From Microbacteriaceae bacterium (GTDB lineage Bacteria > Actinomycetota > Actinomycetes > Actinomycetales > Microbacteriaceae): DNA of 64,000 nucleotides. Position numbers and translations under genes: made by a program. The notes beneath the pieces were generated by a model that ran no database searches, was not told the DNA's origin, and was given only the letters and a program-made list of their open reading frames with translations. Positions 57,725-64,000 of the stretch are shown here, piece after piece. The stretch spans positions 15,158 to 79,157 of the forward strand of contig JAKVJE010000001.1 of the NCBI GenBank assembly GCA_022487185.1, written 5' to 3'. Each line of letters starts with the position of its first letter. Positions within the stretch are counted from its first letter, which is position 1.

Positions 57725-57847
57725 CCACAGTCGGGCGGCGACCCGCCAGTCGTCGACCCGGTACCTCCCAATCCCTCACCCCCGTCTGAATGGCTTTCAG
57801 ACCACGCCGAGTGCCAAATAGCGGGCACGGAGCCGAAAGGAAAAAAC

Positions 57848-58846
57848 GTGCTGATTGCACAGCGTCCTACGCTGAAGGAAGAGGTCCTCAACGAGAACCG
57901 CTCCCGGTTCATCATCGAGCCCCTCGAGCCGGGCTTCGGGTACACGCTCGGAAACTCCATGCGCCGTACCCTGCTGTCCTCGATCCCGGGTGCCGCGGTC
58001 ACGAGTATTCGCATCGATGGAGTCCTGCATGAGTTCTCGACGATCTCCGGAGTCGCCGAGGACGTGTCCGACATCATCCTGAACATCAAGCAGCTGGTCG
58101 TCTCGAGCGAGCACGACGAGCCGATCACCGCCTTCCTCCGCAAGCAGGGTGCCGGGGTTGCGACCGCAGCCGACATCACCGTCCCTGCCGGGGTGGAGAT
58201 CTTCAACCCGGAGCTGCCCATCGCGACACTGAATGCGGACGCAAAACTCGACATCGAGCTCGTCATCGAGCGCGGCCGCGGCTATGTGACCGCAGCGCAG
58301 AACCGGTTGGAGTTCGCCGAGGTCGGGCAGATCCCGGTCGACTCCATTTACTCTCCTGTGATGAAGGTCACCTACAAGGTCGAGGCGACTCGTGCCGGTG
58401 AGCGCACCGACTTCGATCGGCTCATCGTCGACGTCGAGACCAAGCCGTCCGTCTCCCCCCGGGATGCCGTCGCCTCTGCTGGCAGCACGCTCGTGGAGCT
58501 GTTCGGGCTCGCCAAGGAGCTCAACGTCCAGGCCGAGGGCGTGGAGATCGGCCCCGCGGTCGCGGATGCCCCCAGCTCAACCGAGCTGGCCACGCCGATC
58601 GAGGATCTGGATCTGTCGGTTCGCTCCTACAACTGCCTCAAGCGCGAGAACATCAACTACGTCAACGAGCTCGTGGCCCTGAGCGAGCAGCAGCTCATGA
58701 ACATCCGCAACATCGGACAGAAGTCGGTCGACGAGGTCAAGGAGAAGCTCGAGGAGATGGGGCTTTCCCTGAAGGACTCCGTGCCGGGCTTTGACGGCGC
58801 GCACTTCTACACCGGGTTCGACGACGACACCACACTCCAGGCCTGA
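57848..58846 (+). CDS. rpoA: DNA-directed RNA polymerase subunit alpha
   Basis: 332 aa. GTG start. Confidence 0.97.
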   Translation: MLIAQRPTLKEEVLNENRSRFIIEPLEPGFGYTLGNSMRRTLLSSIPGAAVTSIRIDGVLHEFSTISGVAEDVSDIILNIKQLVVSSEHDEPITAFLRKQGAGVATAADITVPAGVEIFNPELPIATLNADAKLDIELVIERGRGYVTAAQNRLEFAEVGQIPVDSIYSPVMKVTYKVEATRAGERTDFDRLIVDVETKPSVSPRDAVASAGSTLVELFGLAKELNVQAEGVEIGPAVADAPSSTELATPIEDLDLSVRSYNCLKRENINYVNELVALSEQQLMNIRNIGQKSVDEVKEKLEEMGLSLKDSVPGFDGAHFYTGFDDDTTLQA

Positions 58847-58872
58847 CGCCTGATTCCACGAAGGAGAAAACC

Positions 58873-59316
58873 ATGCCCACCCCAACGAAGGGTGCTCGAC
58901 TCGGCGGCGGCGCCGCACACGAGCGGCTGCAGCTGGCCAACCTGGCCACTCAGCTCTTCGAGCACGAGGCCATCACCACCACTGAGAAGCGCGCAAAGCG
59001 GCTTCGGCCTTACGCCGAGCGGCTCGTGACCTTTGCCAAGCGCGGAGATCTGCACGCCCGTCGTCGCGTTGCGTCGATGATTCGTGACCAGTCCGTCATC
59101 CACAAGCTGTTCACCGAGATCGCCCCGCAGGTCGCGGAGCGCCAGGGTGGATACACCCGGATCACCAAGCTCGGCTTCCGCAAGGGCGACAACGCCTCCC
59201 TTGCCCGTATCGAGCTGGTCCTGGAGCCCCTCGCCAAGAAGGCGGAGCCGGCCGCGGCCGCTCCTGCCGAGGCGACTGCTCCCGTCGAGGCCGCTGCAGA
59301 GCAGGCAGACGCCTGA
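58873..59316 (+). CDS. rplQ: 50S ribosomal protein L17
   Basis: 147 aa with an Ala/Glu-rich tail. Confidence 0.96.
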   Translation: MPTPTKGARLGGGAAHERLQLANLATQLFEHEAITTTEKRAKRLRPYAERLVTFAKRGDLHARRRVASMIRDQSVIHKLFTEIAPQVAERQGGYTRITKLGFRKGDNASLARIELVLEPLAKKAEPAAAAPAEATAPVEAAAEQADA

Positions 59317-59333
59317 GCCTGTCGTCTCAGTCG

Positions 59334-60272
59334 ATGACCGAAGCCCCTGGTTTTTCCCGCGATCTGCGGGAGGCCGGGGGCTTCGTTCGGTTTCGTGGAT
59401 GCCTTGCGTACGACGGCTCGGCGTTTCGGGGATGGGCACGGCAGCCGGGATTGCGCACGGTACAGGGAGTCTTTGAGGAGGCCCTCGCGATCCTGGCGCA
59501 GATCCCAGTACCGGTGGTCGTCGCCGGCAGGACCGATACGGGGGTTCACGCGCGGCGGCAGGTGATCCATTTCGATATCCCCGAGGCCGTGCTGGAGCGT
59601 TGGGAACGGGCGGCCGGTGACGGCGGCCTCGGGGAGTGGGTCACCTATCGCCTGCGCCGGCTGCTGCGCCGAAGCCCGGATCTGGTCGTGCGGCGGCTCG
59701 CCCCGGCTGACCCCGGGTTCAACGCGCGGTTCTCGGCGGTCTGGCGGGAATACAGTTACCGCATCTGGGATGCGGATGCCCCGCTCGACCCGCTGCTGCG
59801 CGGATTTGTCCTGGACCATTCCGGGAGGCCCCTTTCTGTTGAGACCCTCACCAGGGCGGGGCATCAGCTGCTGGGACTTCATGATTGGCGCGCCTTCTGC
59901 AGGCCGAGCGAACACGGGACGACGGTGCGGGAGCTGCAGGAGTTCCGCTGGGAGCGTGGGGACGACGGAATTGTCACTGCGACGCTGCGCGCCGACGCCT
60001 TCTGCCACCACATGGTGCGGTGCCTGGTTGGGGCCTGTCTGGCCCTGTCCCCGGAGCGGCTGGCCGAGGGACAGCTCCTCCGCTGGCGGGACGCGGCCGC
60101 CCCGACCTCCGGCTATTCGATGGTGCCCTCACATGGGCTGGCGCTGGAGCGGGTGGGGTATCCCGCCCCGGAGGCCTATGCGGCCCGGGCCCGCCAGACC
60201 ATGGCGAAGCGGGCACCGCTCTCCCGCCCCGAAGACGCGCCCGGGCTGGCGTCTCCCGGCGAAGTGCACTAA
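59334..60272 (+). CDS. truA: tRNA pseudouridine(38-40) synthase
   Basis: 312 aa with catalytic GRTDTGVHA motif. The start codon is uncertain. Confidence 0.9.
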   Translation: MTEAPGFSRDLREAGGFVRFRGCLAYDGSAFRGWARQPGLRTVQGVFEEALAILAQIPVPVVVAGRTDTGVHARRQVIHFDIPEAVLERWERAAGDGGLGEWVTYRLRRLLRRSPDLVVRRLAPADPGFNARFSAVWREYSYRIWDADAPLDPLLRGFVLDHSGRPLSVETLTRAGHQLLGLHDWRAFCRPSEHGTTVRELQEFRWERGDDGIVTATLRADAFCHHMVRCLVGACLALSPERLAEGQLLRWRDAAAPTSGYSMVPSHGLALERVGYPAPEAYAARARQTMAKRAPLSRPEDAPGLASPGEVH

Positions 60273-60400
60273 ACTTTCCCGCGGTATGCGTGCGGACTTC
60301 GCATGGATGCCCGACCTGAGCCCTCCACCGGCCTCATCCGTTTCCGGATCGTCACGGAGTGGGATTCACGAACACCTCATCTCGACAGAAAGCAGAAGAC

Positions 60401-60847
60401 GTGACACGCACGTATTCGCCGAAGGCAAGCGAACTGAAGCGCGACTGGGTGGTCATTGACGCCACCGACGTGGTCCTGGGCCGCCTGGCCTCCCACGTAG
60501 CCGCCATCCTCCGCGGCAAGAACAAGCCGACCTTCACCCCGAACCTGGACAACGGCGACAATGTCATCGTGGTCAACGCGGCCAAGGTTGTCCTCACCAA
60601 CGGCAAGGCACACACCAAGCTCGCCTGGCGGCACTCCGGTTACCCGGGCGGGATCCGCTCCGAGTCGTACGCCGACATCCTTGAGAACAATCCCGAGCGC
60701 GCCATCGAGAAGGCCGTCCGGGGAATGCTCCCCAAAACAAGCCTCGGCCGTCAGCAGTTCACCAAACTGCACGTCTACCGCGGCGCCGAGCACCCGCACG
60801 CCGGGCAGAAGCCGGTCCCGTACACGTTCGACCAGATCGCCCAGTAG
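60401..60847 (+). CDS. rplM: 50S ribosomal protein L13
   Basis: GTG 60401 gives the typical TRTYSPK N-terminus. The ORF-track ATG at 60359 would add an atypical 14 aa. Confidence 0.93.
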   Translation: MTRTYSPKASELKRDWVVIDATDVVLGRLASHVAAILRGKNKPTFTPNLDNGDNVIVVNAAKVVLTNGKAHTKLAWRHSGYPGGIRSESYADILENNPERAIEKAVRGMLPKTSLGRQQFTKLHVYRGAEHPHAGQKPVPYTFDQIAQ

Positions 60848-60874
60848 GCGTAGAGAGACTTTCGAAGGAGCATC

Positions 60875-61363
60875 GTGGCTGAGAACACCACAGAAACCGA
60901 GCTGACAAGCTACAGCACCGCGACCCCGGAGGATGCGGCAGAGTCGGTGGCCGTCGCCACCCCGCGCAACCTGAGCGTCCCGGGTGCGGCCGTCGGTCGT
61001 CGGAAGCAGGCCATCGCTCGCGTCCGCCTGACCCCCGGCGCCGGCGAGTTCACCGTCAACGGGCGGGCACTCGACGACTACTTCCCGAACAAGCTGCACC
61101 AGCAGCTGATCAAGGATCCGCTGACCCTCCTCGATCTGGATGGCGCTTATGACATCGCCGCCCACATTCAGGGTGGCGGTCCCTCCGGACAGGCCGGCGC
61201 GCTGCGCCTCGCCATCGCCCGGGCCCTGAACGAGATTGATCGTGACAACAACCGCCCCGAGCTGAAGAAGGCCGGATTCCTCAAGCGTGATGCCCGTGTG
61301 GCCGAGCGCAAGAAGGCCGGGCTCAAGAAGGCCCGTAAGGCGCCGCAGTACTCCAAGCGCTGA
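60875..61363 (+). CDS. rpsI: 30S ribosomal protein S9
   Basis: 162 aa. GTG start preceded by GAAGGAG. N-terminal extension. Confidence 0.95.
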   Translation: MAENTTETELTSYSTATPEDAAESVAVATPRNLSVPGAAVGRRKQAIARVRLTPGAGEFTVNGRALDDYFPNKLHQQLIKDPLTLLDLDGAYDIAAHIQGGGPSGQAGALRLAIARALNEIDRDNNRPELKKAGFLKRDARVAERKKAGLKKARKAPQYSKR

Positions 61364-61368
61364 TCCAC

Positions 61369-62715
61369 ATGGCCAGGCTGTTCGGCACCGATGGCGTGCG
61401 GGGGCTCGCGAATCGCGATCTCACGGTCGATCTCGCGCTCAACCTCGCACGCTGCGGGGCCGACGTCCTGGGGCGGTCGGCGCGCGCCGAGGGGCGCCGC
61501 CCGACCGCGGTCTTGGGGCGCGATCCCAGGGTCTCCGGAGAATTCCTGGGCTCGGCGGTCGCGGCTGGGCTGGCCAGTGCCGGCGTGGACGTGATGGATG
61601 CGGGAGTGCTCCCGACACCCGCGACCGCGTTCCTGGTGGGGGATCTGGGGGCCGACTTCGGCGTCATGATCTCCGCCTCGCACAACCCGGCCGAGGACAA
61701 CGGCATCAAGTTCTTCGCCCGCGGCGGGCTCAAGCTCGACGATGCGATCGAGGATGAGATCGCGGCCGCCCTCGACGGGCCCAAGCTCGCCCCCACGGGA
61801 TCGGACGTGGGGCGCATCCGCAGGTTCGCGGATGCCGAAGACCGGTACCTGGTCCATCTGCTCGGGACCCTCCCGAACCGTCTCGATGGCATCCGGATGG
61901 TGCTCGACTGCGCCAATGGAGCGGCTTCGGCGGTCTCCCCGCAGGTCTTCACCGATGCCGGGGCCGACGTCACCGTCATCGGCGCCGAACCCGATGGGTA
62001 CAACATCAACGCGGGAGTCGGCTCGACACATATCGAGCGCCTGCAGAACCTCGTGCGGGCGCGCGGCGCCGACGTGGGGATCGCTCATGACGGAGATGCC
62101 GACCGCTGTCTCGCGGTCGACGAGAACGGGCGCGTCATTGACGGCGACCAGATCATGGCCATTCTGGCGCTCGCCCTGCAGGGGCGTGGCGAGCTCGCCC
62201 AGGACACCCTCGTGTGCACCGTAATGAGCAATCTGGGCCTCAAGCTTGCGATGCGGAAGGCCGGCATCCAGATCGCCGAGACCAAGGTGGGGGACCGCTA
62301 CGTTCTCGAGGAGATCAACGCCCACGGGTACAGTCTGGGCGGAGAGCAGTCCGGGCACGTCATCATGCGGCGCTTCGCGACCACCGGAGACGGCCTTCTG
62401 ACCGGTCTGCAGCTGCTCGCTGCACTGCGCGCCTCTGGCGTGCCGCTCTCGGTCCTCGCCGACCGTGCGATGACTCGGCTTCCACAGACCCTGATCAATG
62501 TCCGGGTTGTCGACAAGCACCGGCTCGAGGGGAACCAGCCCATCGCCGATGCCGTACACGAAGCTCAGGCCGCGCTCGGCGATACCGGTCGGGTCCTGTT
62601 GCGCCCCAGCGGAACCGAGCCCCTCATCCGGGTGATGGTCGAGGCCGCAGACACCGGCACCTCACAGACGTGGGCGACCCGGCTGGCGGGGGTCGTGGAG
62701 ACCGCGCTGGCGTAG
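61369..62715 (+). CDS. glmM: phosphoglucosamine mutase
   Basis: 448 aa with [14 protein letters not shown] phosphoserine loop. Confidence 0.96.
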   Translation: MARLFGTDGVRGLANRDLTVDLALNLARCGADVLGRSARAEGRRPTAVLGRDPRVSGEFLGSAVAAGLASAGVDVMDAGVLPTPATAFLVGDLGADFGVMISASHNPAEDNGIKFFARGGLKLDDAIEDEIAAALDGPKLAPTGSDVGRIRRFADAEDRYLVHLLGTLPNRLDGIRMVLDCANGAASAVSPQVFTDAGADVTVIGAEPDGYNINAGVGSTHIERLQNLVRARGADVGIAHDGDADRCLAVDENGRVIDGDQIMAILALALQGRGELAQDTLVCTVMSNLGLKLAMRKAGIQIAETKVGDRYVLEEINAHGYSLGGEQSGHVIMRRFATTGDGLLTGLQLLAALRASGVPLSVLADRAMTRLPQTLINVRVVDKHRLEGNQPIADAVHEAQAALGDTGRVLLRPSGTEPLIRVMVEAADTGTSQTWATRLAGVVETALA

Positions 62716-62723
62716 CCCGGCTC

Positions 62724-63704
62724 TCAGAGCTTGCGCAGCAGGATGCGGTGCACGCTGTGGTCCGCATCCTTCTGAAGAATCAGCCGGGCCCGGGCCTTCG
62801 TCCGGGCGATATTCTGCTCCAGATTGGGGAGATTCACCGATCGCCAGATGTCCCGTGCCGTTTCGGCCGCCTCACGAGGGCCCAGGGCCGCGTATTTGTG
62901 GAAATAGGCGTGTGGATCCGGGAACGCTTCCTGCTGGAGCTTCATGAACCGGTCGATGTACCAGCGCTCGATGTCGGAGGTCCTGGCGTCGATGTAGACC
63001 CCGAAATCGATGAGGTCGCTCACCGAGGCCTGCTGATCGAGCTCCGGAGACTGGAGGACGTTCAGGCCCTCCAAGATGAGGACATCCGGATGCTCGACGA
63101 CGACCTCCCGATCCGGGACGATGTCGTAGCGCGAATGGGAATAGTACGGTGCCCGGACACGGGGCTCTCCCGATTTGATCGCCGTGATGAACCGTAGCAG
63201 GGCCGGAAGATCGTAGGATTCCGGGAACCCCTTGCGCTCCATGAGGTTCCGCTCCTGCAGTGTCTTGTTTGGGAGCAGAAACCCGTCCGTGGTCACCAGC
63301 GACACCCGGGGGGTGCTATCCCAGCGGCTCAGCAGCTCCTGGAGGACGCGGGCCACCGTCGACTTCCCGACCGCGACCGACCCCGCCACTCCGATGACGT
63401 AGGGCGTGTTGGTCTCGCGGGTGCCCAGGAACCGGCGGAGCCGTTCATGGAGGCGCTGGTTCGTGGTCACGTAGTGGTTGAGCAGCAGACTCACCGGCAG
63501 GTAGATCGCGGAGACCTCTCCCACATCCATGGGATCCCCCAGCCCCCGGAGGGCCGAGATCTCAGCCGCACTGAGCGGGGAGGCGAGGCCGGTGGCCAGC
63601 TGAGCCCAGTCCTCGCGGGAGACGTCCCAGAAGGGGGAGGGCGTGTGTCGCCGCGGCGCAGGATCCGGCGCGGTCGCGACCCACGCATGGTCGGCGGAGG
63701 GCAT
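62724..63704 (-). CDS. coaA: type I pantothenate kinase
   Basis: GVAGSVAVGKST P-loop. Colinear with my recollection of E. coli CoaA along its full length. Start placed at ATG 63704; the longer ORF reaching 63965 runs antisense through glmS. Confidence 0.9.
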   Translation of the reverse strand: MPSADHAWVATAPDPAPRRHTPSPFWDVSREDWAQLATGLASPLSAAEISALRGLGDPMDVGEVSAIYLPVSLLLNHYVTTNQRLHERLRRFLGTRETNTPYVIGVAGSVAVGKSTVARVLQELLSRWDSTPRVSLVTTDGFLLPNKTLQERNLMERKGFPESYDLPALLRFITAIKSGEPRVRAPYYSHSRYDIVPDREVVVEHPDVLILEGLNVLQSPELDQQASVSDLIDFGVYIDARTSDIERWYIDRFMKLQQEAFPDPHAYFHKYAALGPREAAETARDIWRSVNLPNLEQNIARTKARARLILQKDADHSVHRILLRKL

Positions 63705-63720
63705 ACGCACTATCTTGCCG

Positions 63721-63726
63721 TAAAAT
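63721..63726 (+). promoter_or_regulatory. candidate -10 box (TAAAAT) for a leaderless glmS transcript
   Basis: TAAAAT lies 6 nt upstream of ATG 63733. Confidence 0.35.
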
Positions 63727-63732
63727 CCAAGC

Positions 63733-64000
63733 ATGTGCGGAATCGTGGGATATGCCGGGCCCGGAGACACCCTTGGGGTGCTGCTCTCGGGACTACAACG
63801 ACTCGAATACCGAGGGTATGACTCCGCCGGGGTCGCCGTCATCTCCGACGATGGCGAGCTGCAGGTGCGGAAGCGCGCCGGCAAGCTCAACGTGCTGGTG
63901 GACGATCTCCACCGACACCCCCTGAAGGCCGGGCACACCGGGCTCGGGCACACGCGCTGGGCCACGCACGGGGGGCCGACCGACGAGAATGCGCATCCGC
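63733..64000 (+). CDS. glmS: glutamine--fructose-6-phosphate aminotransferase, N-terminal fragment (3' end outside the window)
   Basis: Hand translation gives [36 protein letters not shown]...GHTRWATHG, the class II (Ntn) amidotransferase signature. Absent from the ORF track because it runs off the window. Confidence 0.9.
   Translation, partial: MCGIVGYAGPGDTLGVLLSGLQRLEYRGYDSAGVAVISDDGELQVRKRAGKLNVLVDDLHRHPLKAGHTGLGHTRWATHGGPTDENAHP

Noticed and set aside
63705-63965. N-terminal extension of coaA to 413 aa (ORF 62724-63965).
   Set aside because: The extension is antisense to the unmistakable glmS N-terminus (MCGIVGY...) and has no similarity to PanK. Colinearity with type I PanK starts shortly after ATG 63704.

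Overview
This is high-GC (roughly two-thirds G+C by eye) Actinomycetota core-genome DNA, densely coding and almost entirely housekeeping. From left to right it contains: the tilS end, hpt and ftsH; a fully overlapping folE-folP-folB-folK-DUF3180-DUF2520-panC-lysS chain that runs straight into a Wzm/Wzt-type ABC exporter; clpC with a coupled GNAT and a membrane-anchored protein; radA; tRNA-Ser(CGA); an alsS-alsD-MFS acetoin operon; a P-type cation ATPase; a ClC channel-OsmC pair; a tgt / yhhQ / NUDIX-fold (DUF4916-like) cluster; a gntR-MFS-ybaK operon; rpoB-rpoC; an AT3-SGNH acyltransferase; the contiguous str-S10-spc-alpha ribosomal superoperon (rpsL to rplQ); truA; rplM-rpsI; glmM; coaA; and the start of glmS. 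I found no CRISPR array, transposase, integrase, phage gene, toxin-antitoxin pair or recognisable defence system. I do not think the window hides a large novel system. The best lead is a tgt-yhhQ-NUDIX module in which the TGT has a non-canonical substrate pocket, which may indicate 7-deazaguanine salvage with unusual specificity. Smaller observations are: a duplicated palindromic element downstream of tRNA-Ser; a structured 396-nt tuf-rpsJ spacer containing a perfect 15-bp palindrome; absence of rpsN, rpmJ and rpsD from their usual operon slots; a ClgR-like box upstream of clpC; and several apparently leaderless genes (TAnnnT-N6/7-start). All product calls come from reading the supplied translations for family motifs and synteny. 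No database search was run. The very long antisense ORFs are treated as GC-driven shadow ORFs.
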